This document shows, piece after piece, positions 37,954 through 48,371 of a stretch of 64,000 nucleotides of DNA. The stretch comes from Minisyncoccota bacterium (GTDB taxonomy: Bacteria > Patescibacteriota > Microgenomatia > UBA1400 > PJMF01). Position numbers and translations under genes: made by a program. The stretch is taken from contig JAOUMD010000002.1 in NCBI GenBank assembly GCA_029881675.1, forward strand, positions 10,228 to 74,227, in the 5' to 3' direction. Each line of letters begins with the position of its first letter. Within the stretch, counting starts at the first letter, position 1. The notes below the pieces were generated by a model that made no database searches, was not told the origin of the DNA, and was given only the letters and a program-made list of their open reading frames with translations.

Positions 37954-38049
37954 AGATAAATACTTTTTATAACGAAAGCATTTTATACATATTTTTTGTA
38001 TTAATGCAAAACACAGTAGCTGTTGAAACTACTGTGTCTACTTTTGTAT

Positions 38050-38289
38050 TTAGTCGTCAAATCTGAGTGCTTCAGAAATGACTCCAAATATACCACCAAT
38101 GATTGTGCCTATAATCAACCCTGTGATGTCAAAGACGCCAAGAGAGTTGACGACAAATGCACCAATTGTATTGGTGATTAGTAAAATGACAAAAAATGCA
38201 AAGAGTGAAGTTAATGCATTCACCAAGTATTTTGCAATTTGCCATTTAACTAGAAAACCTATTATGAGAGATATCACAAATAATAACAT
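38050..38289 (-). CDS. small membrane protein (2-3 TM)
   Basis: ORF, hydrophobic. Confidence 0.35.
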   Translation of the reverse strand: MLLFVISLIIGFLVKWQIAKYLVNALTSLFAFFVILLITNTIGAFVVNSLGVFDITGLIIGTIIGGIFGVISEALRFDD

Positions 38290-38387
38290 CTCTTATACAC
38301 ATCCTTTTTTGACTAAAGATAGGTTGATGACTATAAATTAAAAATACTATTTGTCAATCTTTATAACCTATCTACCAGATATAAAAG

Positions 38388-39005
38388 ATGGTAAAATACA
38401 TGTCTATGATTATCTTTGACGGAAATAAACTAGCAAGTGAAAAGAAAGAAGTTCTTAAACTAAGGGCTAGTGCTTTATTGGAAAAAGGAATCAAACCTAC
38501 CATCGCTGCCATTCTTTATGACGGTGATGCTGGTAGCCAGCTTTATACAGATATAAAAAAGACTGTAGCTAGTGAGATAGGGATTGGATATCAAACAAAT
38601 AGTTTTTCTCTTTCTGGTGGTGTAGAGCCTGTCATTGATTTAATAAATAAACTTAACAAAGAGGATTCAGTTACAGGAATAATTTTACAAAAACCGACTC
38701 GTAAGAGTTGGGCTTTTGCAAATGGTATTGAAGGAAAAGCTAAAGATATTAAAAAAGCATATAACCTATGGTGGAGATTACAGACTACAAATATTAGTGA
38801 ACATAAAGATGTTGATGGGCTTAATCCATCTATCATTGAAGTAATTAAAGAAGATAAATTAGAAGAAAAAAAACGTGTTTTACCAGCCACTGCACGTGCT
38901 GTTTTGGAAATATTAAAGAGTGCAGATATTAATTTAGAAGATAAAAATATTGTCATTTTAGGCAAGTCAGATCTCCTTGGTATACCATTGTATAAATACT
39001 TTTGA
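38388..39005 (+). CDS. folD: methylene-THF dehydrogenase/cyclohydrolase FolD, N-terminal part (gene broken by frameshift in T4 run at ~38997-39000)
   Basis: DKDVDGLNP (DVDG) motif and [14 protein letters not shown] Rossmann start; likely true start at MSMIIFDG (38400). Confidence 0.8.
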   Translation: MVKYMSMIIFDGNKLASEKKEVLKLRASALLEKGIKPTIAAILYDGDAGSQLYTDIKKTVASEIGIGYQTNSFSLSGGVEPVIDLINKLNKEDSVTGIILQKPTRKSWAFANGIEGKAKDIKKAYNLWWRLQTTNISEHKDVDGLNPSIIEVIKEDKLEEKKRVLPATARAVLEILKSADINLEDKNIVILGKSDLLGIPLYKYF

Positions 39006-39304
39006 GTAAAGAATATGTTGTAAAAAATTTGGGTAGAAATGAGTTAGAAGAGAGAGTCAAATTAGGTAAAAATCTATTCGACATTGATGTCATAATTAGT
39101 GCCACTGGAGTTAAGAATTTAATTAATGGTGAGATGATAAAAGAAGGTGCTGTTATTGTTGACGTTGGTGAACCGCGAGGAGATGTTGATTTTGAAAGTG
39201 TAAAAAATAAAGCATCTTTTATCACACCAGTTCCTGGTGGAGTTGGGCCAATGACTGTTGTTAGTCTGATGGAGAATTGTTTAGATTTAGTTTATTCTGA
39301 GTAA
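39002..39304 (+). CDS. folD: FolD C-terminal part (continues previous ORF if one T is added)
   Basis: EGAVIVDVG...[13 protein letters not shown] matches FolD C-terminus; ORF-track start is TTG. Confidence 0.8.
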   Translation: MSKEYVVKNLGRNELEERVKLGKNLFDIDVIISATGVKNLINGEMIKEGAVIVDVGEPRGDVDFESVKNKASFITPVPGGVGPMTVVSLMENCLDLVYSE

Positions 39305-39340
39305 AGAGTAAAATATTTTTTACAAACTATTATCAAAAAA

Positions 39341-39754
39341 ATGAATAATCAAGAAGGTCGAGGTTTCAGATTAGAAAAAGTTTTCAAAGGTCTTTCTATT
39401 GATAGATTAAAGTCAGTATTCACTAAAATAAGAGGTGAAGATAATGAGCCAGCAGAGTCATTTAAAGATAAAGGTTTTAAGTTTGGTGATAATGTTTTTT
39501 ATGATGGTGTTATTTATAGAGTTGATGGTTTTGCAAAAGATGGAATAATCATTCAAAGATCTGGAGATTCTAGAACTGTTTTACCTAGTGATATCGCACA
39601 TGTCTCAGAGGAAGCATTTCAAAAACTTGTTCGTGATGTTGCTAGAAATACACCCCCCGCAGATACTTTTGAAGTTGAAGATACGATGAAGGTATTACAT
39701 GAGGCTGATAGACAGAAAAGTGGGAAAAGTAGTCCATTTCCCTATAAAGATTAA
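39341..39754 (+). CDS. hypothetical protein
   Basis: ORF only. Confidence 0.35.
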   Translation: MNNQEGRGFRLEKVFKGLSIDRLKSVFTKIRGEDNEPAESFKDKGFKFGDNVFYDGVIYRVDGFAKDGIIIQRSGDSRTVLPSDIAHVSEEAFQKLVRDVARNTPPADTFEVEDTMKVLHEADRQKSGKSSPFPYKD

Positions 39755-39762
39755 GTTAAAAT

Positions 39763-39999
39763 TTATTGAGTAACTAACCTTGGAGAATCAACTTTCATCA
39801 AAGTATTCTTATCACACTTAAATTTATTCTTCACATTATGGCTTTTCTTTGCATAAGGACACTCTCCATCTTCAGTCACAGCTATACAATTTCCACTATC
39901 TTCATCTCGTAGTACCACCATGTTGAATGGTAGAGCAGCACAAATAGGAATAATTAATTTTGTGGGTAATAGTTGTCTCTCTTTTTCTTTATCAGACAT
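39763..39999 (-). CDS. small Cys4 protein (possible zinc ribbon)
   Basis: Four Cys spaced C..C....C....C across 78 aa. Confidence 0.3.
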   Translation of the reverse strand: MSDKEKERQLLPTKLIIPICAALPFNMVVLRDEDSGNCIAVTEDGECPYAKKSHNVKNKFKCDKNTLMKVDSPRLVTQ

Positions 40000-40161
40000 A
40001 TATAAGTTAATTATTTATAAAAAAACCAAATTTACCAGATGTATGATATAATTCTGTCTATATTAATTATACGCGTGAGAGTTATCTCTTCAACATCCTG
40101 TATTTTGGATAACACTCGCAAGATCTCTTTATAATATAAAGAGAAAAGAAAGGATAAAACG

Positions 40162-40890
40162 ATGACAAAAATCGATTTTTCTAAATTGCCAGAAAAGGCA
40201 CCTGAATATGATCTAAGAGAACTCTTAGAAGCTGGTTGTCATTTTGGACACCACACAAAGAAATGGCATCCAATGATGGCTGAATGGATCCATATGGAAA
40301 AAGATAAAATTCATATCTTTGACTTAGCTAAAACTGCTAGCCAACTTCAATTAGCATATAACTATGCATATGACTTAGGTGCTAAAGGTAAATCTTTAGT
40401 TATGATTGGTACAAAAAGACAAGCAAAAGAAATTGTAAAAGAAGCTGCTATAGAAGCAGAAATGCCTTACATAAATTCTAGATGGCTTGGTGGTACTATT
40501 ACTAACTGGCAACAAATTGGTAAATCTTTAAAGAGAATGCTTGAAATTGAAAAAGGTCTTAAAGAAGGTGCTTATAAAAACTTAACTAAGTTTGAAAGAG
40601 TCCAACTTGACAAAGAAGCTAACAAATTAGCTAGATTCTTTGACGGTCTTAGACAGTTAAAATCAAGCCCTGATGCTTTATTTGTTATTGACCCAAAAAG
40701 AGAAAAGATCCCTGTTACAGAAGCTAACCTTAATGACATTCCTGTAATGGCTTTAGTTGATTCTAATGCTGATCCAAGAGAGATCTCTCTTGTTATTCCT
40801 GCTAACGATGACGCTGTAGGTTCAATTGAACTTATTGTAAAAGCTGTCGCTGCTGGTTACAAAGAAGGTAAAAAAGTTAACAAGAAGTAA
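40162..40890 (+). CDS. rpsB: 30S ribosomal protein S2
   Basis: LLEAGCHFGHHTKKWHP signature. Confidence 0.9.
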   Translation: MTKIDFSKLPEKAPEYDLRELLEAGCHFGHHTKKWHPMMAEWIHMEKDKIHIFDLAKTASQLQLAYNYAYDLGAKGKSLVMIGTKRQAKEIVKEAAIEAEMPYINSRWLGGTITNWQQIGKSLKRMLEIEKGLKEGAYKNLTKFERVQLDKEANKLARFFDGLRQLKSSPDALFVIDPKREKIPVTEANLNDIPVMALVDSNADPREISLVIPANDDAVGSIELIVKAVAAGYKEGKKVNKK

Positions 40891-40902
40891 AGGAAAAAAA
40901 CT

Positions 40903-41364
40903 ATGCCTAAATATACAGCCGCAGATATTAAGAAGCTTAGAGAAGAAACCGGTGCTGGAATGCTTGATTGTAAAAAGTGTTTAGAAAAAGCAGATGGTAA
41001 CTACGAAGAAGCTGTTAAGTTTGCTATTGCAAGAGGTCTAGCTAAAGCAGATAAGAAATCAGATCGTGAAACAAAAGAAGGTTATATTGCCGCTTATGTT
41101 CATGCTAATTCTAAAGTTGCTGCCTTAGTTGAAATACTTTGTGAGACTGACTTTGTTGCTCGTAATGATGAATTCAAAGCTATGGCCAAAGACGTTGCAA
41201 TGCAAGTTGTCGCGATGGGAGCTACAGATGTTGAAGAATTATTAAAGCAAGACTTTATTAAAAATCCAGACATGACCATTGAAGATCTCGTTAAGAGAAC
41301 TAGTGGAAAGATTGGTGAGAAGTTTGTTGTTAATAGATTTACAAGATATACAGTCGGAGAATAA
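40903..41364 (+). CDS. tsf: elongation factor Ts (short 153-aa form)
   Basis: UBA-like N-terminus LREETGAGMLDCKKCL, core CETDFVARN; rpsB-tsf synteny. Confidence 0.8.
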   Translation: MPKYTAADIKKLREETGAGMLDCKKCLEKADGNYEEAVKFAIARGLAKADKKSDRETKEGYIAAYVHANSKVAALVEILCETDFVARNDEFKAMAKDVAMQVVAMGATDVEELLKQDFIKNPDMTIEDLVKRTSGKIGEKFVVNRFTRYTVGE

Positions 41365-41443
41365 GATTTAATATCTTTAAGTAAGAAATATAAAAGCCCT
41401 TCTTTAGAAATAGAGGAGGGTTTTTTAGTGTTAGAATCTTTTT

Positions 41444-41878
41444 ATGAAGAAGAAAGACTTACAACCAATTGGAACTACAGTAATTGTATTAAACAAGCAG
41501 AATCAAATTCTGATGGGAAAGAGAAAGAATGGGTATAAAGAAGGTCAATATGGACTGCCTGGAGGACGATTAGATAGGGGAGAGAGAGTGGAGGAAGGGG
41601 CAAAAAGAGAATTAGAAGAAGAGACTGGTTTAGATGCTAATAAATTAGAATATTTAGCTGTTGTAAAAGAATGGCAAGAAGATAATGGTTATGATTTTGT
41701 TCACTTTGTTTTTATATGTAAAGATTGGAAAGGTGACCTACAATTGTTAGAACCAGAAAAATGTGAGAAATGGAAGTGGTTTGATTTAGATAAACTACCT
41801 GATAATATTCTACCAGGACATCTGGCTGGGATAGAGACATTAAAGAGTGAAGATAAGATCTTTTTTAGTGATATCTAG
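41444..41878 (+). CDS. NUDIX hydrolase
   Basis: Nudix box GGRLDRGERVEEGAKRELEEETGL. Confidence 0.75.
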   Translation: MKKKDLQPIGTTVIVLNKQNQILMGKRKNGYKEGQYGLPGGRLDRGERVEEGAKRELEEETGLDANKLEYLAVVKEWQEDNGYDFVHFVFICKDWKGDLQLLEPEKCEKWKWFDLDKLPDNILPGHLAGIETLKSEDKIFFSDI

Positions 41879-41911
41879 TGAAAATTAAATATTTGTAATA
41901 GCTATTTATAA

Positions 41912-41946
41912 AACCACCACCTTGTTAAAGAGGGTGGTTTTTTGAT
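41912..41946 (+). terminator. intrinsic terminator
   Basis: AACCACC-(loop)-GGTGGTT + T6. Confidence 0.6.
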
Positions 41947-41958
41947 ATAAATCTCTAT

Positions 41959-42855
41959 ATGCCCCGTAGAAAATCTGCCCGTTCTAAGTCGCGGTCTTCA
42001 TCTATTGTAAAAAAGTTTTTCAAAATTATTATTAGTGTTTTTATATTATTTATTCTTATAACTGCAGTATTATTTGTATTTTTTATTATTGTAAAGCCCG
42101 ATAGTAATCATAAAAATATTGTATTCACTCCAGGAGAAAAGAGTGGAGTAGAGGGGGAGATACTTCTCGCAGAGTTTTATGAAAAAACCAATAGTATTTA
42201 TGTAATTAAGCTTAACGGTGAGATTAAATCAGAGCTGATGGGTGGTTATGGAGAATATCAATTGAAAGCAATAAATGGAATTTTAAAAATTGATAAGAAG
42301 GGGAGAGGCTATAAAGAAGCTGCTTTTGGTCATTTCTTAAAACGAGGTATTGATCAAGTTGTTGAATATAAATCAGGATCAAAACTACCAGAAAATAAAA
42401 TTGAGTTAATGAAATTCTTTATAGAAAATAAAGAAACAATTTTTGACTCACTGTTAATTAAAGACACTGATAGTGAAAATATTATTTTTCTAGAAATCAA
42501 TAACAAAGAAGAATGGGAGAAATATTTAAAAAAACAATTAACATGGAAGATAAATGAAGAGTGTACAGTTGCTGTTGTAAACTCAACAAGCTCAGTCGGT
42601 CTTGCCACTGACTTTGGACAAATATTAGAAAATAGTGGAATTGAAGTAGTCCGTTCTACAAATAATATTTGGGGTGAGTCAAAAACAGCTTTTTATGTAG
42701 ATAATCTAGATTCATGTGGACAAGTAAAACAAAGGGTAAAAAGCTTAAGCCCAATTAGTTTAGAAGAAGATTTAGATACAGGAAAGACTTCAGAATATAG
42801 AGCCAATATGGTTCTATTTATTGGAGATGAATTAGCTGAATATTTTAAAGATTGA
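41959..42855 (+). CDS. membrane-anchored protein with LytR_C-like C-terminal domain (possible LCP-related)
   Basis: Basic N-terminus + TM; C-terminal CTVAVVNSTSSVGLATDFGQILENSGIEVV resembles LytR C-terminal domain. Confidence 0.4.
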   Translation: MPRRKSARSKSRSSSIVKKFFKIIISVFILFILITAVLFVFFIIVKPDSNHKNIVFTPGEKSGVEGEILLAEFYEKTNSIYVIKLNGEIKSELMGGYGEYQLKAINGILKIDKKGRGYKEAAFGHFLKRGIDQVVEYKSGSKLPENKIELMKFFIENKETIFDSLLIKDTDSENIIFLEINNKEEWEKYLKKQLTWKINEECTVAVVNSTSSVGLATDFGQILENSGIEVVRSTNNIWGESKTAFYVDNLDSCGQVKQRVKSLSPISLEEDLDTGKTSEYRANMVLFIGDELAEYFKD

Positions 42856-43599
42856 TTAATTTTTAGCTTGCTCTGGATCAGCTAAAGTACTACTATCAAT
42901 TCCTTTTTCATGATCTGTGTCAGTGTGAACGATATCCATTGGAATATTTTCTTCGAGTAAAAACTTTTCATCAATATCATTAATTGTAGCAATAAGGTTT
43001 TTGTTTAATGGGAATGAGTGAATATTTTCATTTTGTTTAGATCTTGAAATTTCTTTGATATAAACACAGCATGACTTTGGAGTAGTTGTATGAACAAAAC
43101 ACTCATATTTGTTATCTCTCTTAATTAATTTAGTCAATCTGAAAGATAAGTCTTCAGGAAGTGTTCCAATATATTTACCATTACTTTCAACAGAGATGAA
43201 TCTGTTCTTAATTTTAAGTTCACAGATATGACCTGAAGCTAAATTAATTAAGACAGCTTTACCAGCAACTCTGTTTAACTCAACAATTTTTGTTTTTCCT
43301 GGTTCTTCAATGAAATGTTCTGTAGAAAAGTTTGGAGCAGTATTTTGCTTATTTTTTATTTTTTCTAAGTTTTTCTTAGCAATAGTGTTAGAGCCATCAA
43401 TTTCTAAGACATTTCGAAAACACTTTTTTGCTTTACCTGGTTTTTCAATTTGAAGGTAAGATAGCCCAAGCCTGTTGAGAGCCCCTAGATCTTTAGAATT
43501 CAATTCTAAAATTTGTTCATTGATTTCAATGGCTTTATTCCAATCTTTATTTTTTGCAGAGTTTACTGCTTGAAGTTGGAGTATTGAGAGTTTATTCAT
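42856..43599 (-). CDS. TPR-repeat protein with uncharacterised C-terminal domain
   Basis: Two or three TPR-like helical repeats in the N-terminal 90 aa. Confidence 0.5.
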   Translation of the reverse strand: MNKLSILQLQAVNSAKNKDWNKAIEINEQILELNSKDLGALNRLGLSYLQIEKPGKAKKCFRNVLEIDGSNTIAKKNLEKIKNKQNTAPNFSTEHFIEEPGKTKIVELNRVAGKAVLINLASGHICELKIKNRFISVESNGKYIGTLPEDLSFRLTKLIKRDNKYECFVHTTTPKSCCVYIKEISRSKQNENIHSFPLNKNLIATINDIDEKFLLEENIPMDIVHTDTDHEKGIDSSTLADPEQAKN

Positions 43600-43762
43600 G
43601 GGCTTTTTGAATTGTTTTTTCTGATGTTAGAAGATACTATCTCATCCGGTTATTGTCAACTAGTGGGGTGATTTAATATAATCCAAAGTAATTGATAATC
43701 AATCAAACAATATATTTAGTAAAATACCTAATAATTTAACAAAAATAACTTAGAAAGATATT

Positions 43763-44323
43763 ATGGCCGGTCATAGCAAATGGAACAACATCAAAAATAG
43801 AAAAGGTGCTCAGGACAAGATCAAAGGCAAAGCATTTAGTGAGGCAGGAAAGATGATTAAGATTGCCGTAAAAGAAGGCGGCTCAGGAGACCCAAAAGCA
43901 AACCCATCACTTAGGTTGGCACTAGATAAGGCAAGAGCTGTAAATATGCCTAAAACTAACATTCAAAGAGCCATTGACCGTGGTTTAGGTAAGACAAAGG
44001 GTGGAGCTTCTTTAAAAGATGTTGTTTATGAAGGTTTTGTAGCTGGAGGAGTTGGAATTATTGTTGTTGCTATTACTGAAAACCCAAATAGAACAAGTGC
44101 AGAAATTAAGATGTTATTTTCCAAAAGCGGTGGTTCCTTAGGCAGTACGGGTTCTGTCTCTTACATGTTCTCACGAGAAGGTGGAGAATATAAAGTAACT
44201 ATGCCTATGCAAATAACAGATGAGAAGCAACAAGAAAAGCTTCAAGAAATTATGGACAACTTTAGAAATCTAGATGACGTTGAGGATGTCTATTGTGCAG
44301 GAGAATGGGAGGGTAAAGAGTGA
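43763..44323 (+). CDS. YebC/PmpR family protein (short form)
   Basis: MAGHSKWNNIKNRKGAQD...NPSLRLALDKARAVNMPK signature. Confidence 0.75.
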   Translation: MAGHSKWNNIKNRKGAQDKIKGKAFSEAGKMIKIAVKEGGSGDPKANPSLRLALDKARAVNMPKTNIQRAIDRGLGKTKGGASLKDVVYEGFVAGGVGIIVVAITENPNRTSAEIKMLFSKSGGSLGSTGSVSYMFSREGGEYKVTMPMQITDEKQQEKLQEIMDNFRNLDDVEDVYCAGEWEGKE

Positions 44324-45087
44324 GAAGAAGAGAAAGATTTGTTGTAGCCTCTATCTTACTTAGTATTGGACTTTTTATAGTTCAGTTAGTTGACCTTGAT
44401 TATCGTGTTTGGGCTGTTGTTGGGCTTGGTTTTGTCTCATATTTTTTATCTGCCTGGGCTTTATTAGAAGATCTACAACCATTTGAATGGTTTACAGTGC
44501 TTCCTTTTCCAGTCATGTATGCAATTTCGGTAGGTTTTTTCTACTTTTTATTACCAACAAATATTGTTACCAGGCTGATGGTTTTGACAATCTTTGGTGT
44601 TGGTATGTATGCACTATTTTTAACTGCAAATATCTTTTCTGTTGCAAAAGGAAAGTCTATCCAATTGATTCATGCTGCTCATGCGATTGGTTTGTTATTT
44701 ACTTTATTTACGTCGTTACTTTTAACAAATACTGTCTTTTCTTTGCACTTACCATTTTATATGAATGGTTTAATGGTTGGCGCGATTCATTTTCCTCTGA
44801 TTATGATGTCACTTTGGTCTGTTAACCTAGAACAAAAGGTAACCAAAGAAATTCTGTCGCTTTCTTCCTTATTTACACTTATTTTGGTAGAGTTAGCGAT
44901 AGTCTTGTCCTTTTATCCAATCTCTGTTTGGAATTTGGCTTTACTGATGATGGCAGTTTTATATATTGGACTTGGAATATTACAAAATTATTTAAGAGGC
45001 ATCTTATTCAGCAATGCTATTAGAGAATATTCATTAGTAGCTGGATTAGTTGGAGCAATTTTTCTGATGTTGTTCCCACTAAAGTGA
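44320..45087 (+). CDS. multi-pass membrane protein (~7 TM)
   Basis: Hydrophobic ORF overlapping the yebC stop. Confidence 0.4.
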   Translation: MRRRERFVVASILLSIGLFIVQLVDLDYRVWAVVGLGFVSYFLSAWALLEDLQPFEWFTVLPFPVMYAISVGFFYFLLPTNIVTRLMVLTIFGVGMYALFLTANIFSVAKGKSIQLIHAAHAIGLLFTLFTSLLLTNTVFSLHLPFYMNGLMVGAIHFPLIMMSLWSVNLEQKVTKEILSLSSLFTLILVELAIVLSFYPISVWNLALLMMAVLYIGLGILQNYLRGILFSNAIREYSLVAGLVGAIFLMLFPLK

Positions 45088-45102
45088 TGTAGAATCAAAA
45101 AC

Positions 45103-46398
45103 ATGGAAATTACAATGATTGGCCACGGATACGTTGGCCTTGTGACTGCTAGTATTTTTGCTGACGCAGGTAACAAGGTAAATGTCATCGGCCGTACCCC
45201 TGAAAAAATTCAAAAATTAAAATCTGGAGACCCACTCATTTTTGAGCCCGGTCTTGAAGAAATATTAGACAGAAACTTGAAGAATGGTAATTTAAATTTT
45301 ACTTTAAGTTACGATAGTATTAAAGATTCTAAGATTGTTTTTATTGGGGTTGGAACTCCATCTCAAAAAGATGGTAGTGCTGATTTAAGCCAGGTTAGAG
45401 TGGTCGCAAAAAAAATCGCAGAAAATTTAGGAGATAACTTTACAGTTATCTCTTGTAAGAGTACTGTCCCTGTTGGAACAAATGTAGAAGTAGATAAAAT
45501 CGTTAAAGAAAATGCTTCAACAGGAGCTAAGTATGCTGTAGCTTCATGTCCAGAATTTTTGAGAGAGGGGACTGGTGTTACTGATACTCTATATCCAGAT
45601 AGAGTAATCATTGGTTCAGAGTCCCAAAAGGCAATTGAAGTTCTTTTAGAGCTTCATAAACCAATTGGTGGCGAAAGAGTAATTACAGATTTAGCATCTG
45701 CTGAACTTATTAAATATGCTTCAAACTCAATTCTTGCGACAAAGATTTCATTCTCAAACTTAATTGCAGAAATGAGTGAAGTTGCTGGAGCTGATGCTGG
45801 CATAGTACTTGAGGCTGTTGGTCTTGATAATCGTGTTAGTGATAAGTTCCTTAACGTTGGTATTGGTTATGGCGGAGCTTGTTTTCCTAAGGATGTTAAG
45901 GCTTTAGCTTTTATTGGAAAAAGTATGAAGCTTGACACAGGTATCTTAGATAATGTTGAAAAAGTTAACTTCCGTGCACGTCATCGTTTTGCAAAAAGAG
46001 TAATCGATAATGCAAAGGGTAAGAAGTTAGCAATTTGGGGTCTTAGTTTTAAACCTAATACTGACGATATTAGAGAAGCTCCTTCAATTGATATTATGAA
46101 TGATTTACTCAAGGCTGGTTATGAACTTTCTGTTTATGATCCTCAAGCCATGGGACATATTGAAGGCATTTTTGGAGATAAACTAACTTATGCTGATGAT
46201 AAAATGCAAGCTTTAGATGGGGCAGAAACCTTAGTAGTCTTAACCGAGTGGAATGAGTTTGAAGCTGCTGATCTTGAGGCAGTCAAAAAGTCATTGGTTA
46301 ATCCAATTATTATTGATGGCCGTAATGTTTATGATCCAAAACAAATGAAAAAACTTGGTTTTAAATATTATTCTGTCGGTCGTAGAGACGTAAAGTAA
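45103..46398 (+). CDS. ugd: UDP-glucose 6-dehydrogenase
   Basis: NAD-binding IGHGYVGL, catalytic GGACFPKD. Confidence 0.85.
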   Translation: MEITMIGHGYVGLVTASIFADAGNKVNVIGRTPEKIQKLKSGDPLIFEPGLEEILDRNLKNGNLNFTLSYDSIKDSKIVFIGVGTPSQKDGSADLSQVRVVAKKIAENLGDNFTVISCKSTVPVGTNVEVDKIVKENASTGAKYAVASCPEFLREGTGVTDTLYPDRVIIGSESQKAIEVLLELHKPIGGERVITDLASAELIKYASNSILATKISFSNLIAEMSEVAGADAGIVLEAVGLDNRVSDKFLNVGIGYGGACFPKDVKALAFIGKSMKLDTGILDNVEKVNFRARHRFAKRVIDNAKGKKLAIWGLSFKPNTDDIREAPSIDIMNDLLKAGYELSVYDPQAMGHIEGIFGDKLTYADDKMQALDGAETLVVLTEWNEFEAADLEAVKKSLVNPIIIDGRNVYDPKQMKKLGFKYYSVGRRDVK

Positions 46399-46422
46399 AA
46401 TTAAGAGGGGATAAGTAAAAAT

Positions 46423-47370
46423 ATGAATATTCTTGTTGCCGGTGGAGCCGGGTTTGTAGGTTCTAATTTTTGTCAGTTATTACTCTCAAAAGGTCATAAA
46501 GTTTGGGCAGTTGATAATTTAATTACTGGAAGAAAAGAAAACTTAGATTCTATAATTAATAATAATGATTTTAGCTTTATTCAAGCTGATGTTATTGACC
46601 CTCAAATCAAAGACAGACTAGAGGAGATAGAGTTTCAAGCTGTATACCACTTCGCTTCTCCAGCCTCCCCTCCTTGGTATCAAAAATATCCCCTCGAGAC
46701 TCTCGAGGTAAATTCTATTGGTACAAAGAATCTTTTGGAAATTGCTAAACGAGATAATGCCAAATTTATTTTTGCTTCAACTTCTGAAGTATATGGAGAT
46801 CCTTTAGAACACCCACAAAAAGAAACATACTGGGGGAATGTAAATTCATTTGGAGCGAGGTCTTGTTATGACGAAGCTAAGAGGTATGGTGAAGCAATCT
46901 GTTATACCTATCTCAAAGACTTTAATGTCGATGTCAGAATAGTTCGTATTTTTAACACCTATGGTCCAAATATGGATCCTAAGGATGGTCGTGTTGTCTC
47001 AAACTTTGTCACTCAAGCCATTAGAGGTGAAAATTTGACCATGTATGGTGACGGGTCTCAGACTAGAGCCTTTTGTTATGTAGATGACTTAATTAGGGGC
47101 TTCTATCTTATGCTTACAAAAGATGTGACTGGTGAAGTAATTAACCTTGGGAATCCTGGCGAGTTTACTATGTTAGAACTAGCCAAAATAGTAAACAAAA
47201 AAGTAGGGAATAGCAGTCAAATTACATACCAAGATCTTCCTCAAGATGACCCCAAGAAGAGAAGACCTGACATTTCTAAGGCAAAAGAGCTTCTTGGCTG
47301 GGAGCCTGAGATAGCCTTAAAAGATGGTTTAGAAAAGACCATCGAGTATTTCAAAACAGTTGTTAAATAG
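46423..47370 (+). CDS. uxs: UDP-glucuronate decarboxylase (UDP-xylose synthase), SDR family
   Basis: GGAGFVGS, YDEAKR catalytic motif; placed after ugd. Confidence 0.8.
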   Translation: MNILVAGGAGFVGSNFCQLLLSKGHKVWAVDNLITGRKENLDSIINNNDFSFIQADVIDPQIKDRLEEIEFQAVYHFASPASPPWYQKYPLETLEVNSIGTKNLLEIAKRDNAKFIFASTSEVYGDPLEHPQKETYWGNVNSFGARSCYDEAKRYGEAICYTYLKDFNVDVRIVRIFNTYGPNMDPKDGRVVSNFVTQAIRGENLTMYGDGSQTRAFCYVDDLIRGFYLMLTKDVTGEVINLGNPGEFTMLELAKIVNKKVGNSSQITYQDLPQDDPKKRRPDISKAKELLGWEPEIALKDGLEKTIEYFKTVVK

Positions 47371-48371
47371 TTTTTAATTAAATTTTTGTTAAATTTTTTA
47401 TATATCTCTATACTCTGCTATAAGCACAGAGTAGAGGGGTAGTATAGTCATGACCCACCAGGGGAAAGAGGACTAAATGATATAGTTTGATATGTTTAGA
47501 TATAGACATACTTAAGTCCTATAATAATGTGGATAACTTCTAAATTTTCGTGAAAATAAGAAGAGTGAAAAGTGCTTGTTTAGCCTGGTAGAAGGTTTTT
47601 GTCTACACATGTGAATGTGTATTTGAACACACAATGACGTCTAGATACCCTCAAGTAGGGTGTGAAATAGTGTAAAAAACCCGAATGCATCAATCCATTT
47701 GCGGGAATAAATATGCTTATTTTGGAGAGAGCTGGCATAGGCTTGAATGAGCCTTGTAAGAGGTATATATCCAAGGGAATAGAGGTACGATGATGTACGA
47801 GTGTTAGAGAGTGATTTAAAAGTAGTGATTTTGAGTCTCTAAGTACTCCTCTATTAAAAGACGGGGGACCTATTGATCTAATATGTTATGTCGCACAATA
47901 TAACTTTTGCGACATAGACTAAAAATACTCGGTTGGGGTTTGAAACTAATTGGTTTTTTATGTCCCGTTTATTTTTCTTTTCTTGTACCGGTGTGTACCT
48001 AAATCTATTTTTAAATACCTTTTTAAGGCCTCCTATCACCCTCTCTTCAGATCCCTCATAAAAAGGGGTCTCTTTACCCCTCTTACCTATTCTCTATTAT
48101 TTAACGGGGGATTCTGCTATCACAAAGACCATCAAAAGGTCTAAAATGAGGTCGGAATATACTAAGTGGATGATAGATTGGTCATTAATTAAATAAAAAG
48201 CCGTTTTTGGCTGTTTAATGAGTTTTAGCCTGGTAGGATCAATAATTAGGGCGATTTTGGGCGAGATTTGCTGTAAATGGTGCTTAGTAAGCTAAGTGAT
48301 GGGTCTTTAAAGTTAAAATGACCCATGCAGTGTGCGATGAGCCATTTTATGAATGATGGATGTCCGTTTTT
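47371..48371. other. ~1 kb ORF-free, compositionally distinct, hairpin-rich region (candidate structured ncRNA or decayed mobile-element DNA)
   Basis: No ORF >64 aa on either strand, in an otherwise ~90% coding window. Hairpins at 47409-47441, 47888-47915, 48065-48080, 48199-48212. Repeated 13-mer TTTAGCCTGGTAG at 47580 and 48224. Confidence 0.5.

Noticed and set aside
47409-47441. Imperfect palindrome CTCTATACTCTGCT-ATAAGC-ACAGAGTAGAG after uxs as an intrinsic terminator
   Set aside because: No T-run follows the hairpin. It may still be a structural element of the adjacent ORF-free region, but a terminator call is not supported.
47371-48371. Looked for tmRNA, RNase P RNA, SRP RNA or a group I/II intron in the ORF-free kilobase
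   Set aside because: Hallmark motifs of tmRNA, RNase P, SRP RNA and group I/II introns (listed under the next entry) are all absent. The region stays 'unclassified structured/non-coding'.
47371-48371. Specific hallmark motifs searched in the ORF-free kilobase
   Set aside because: No tRNA-like T-arm (GGTTCGANTCC) and no tag-peptide reading frame (tmRNA). No GTCCGG/P4 elements (RNase P). No reverse transcriptase or maturase ORF (group II intron).
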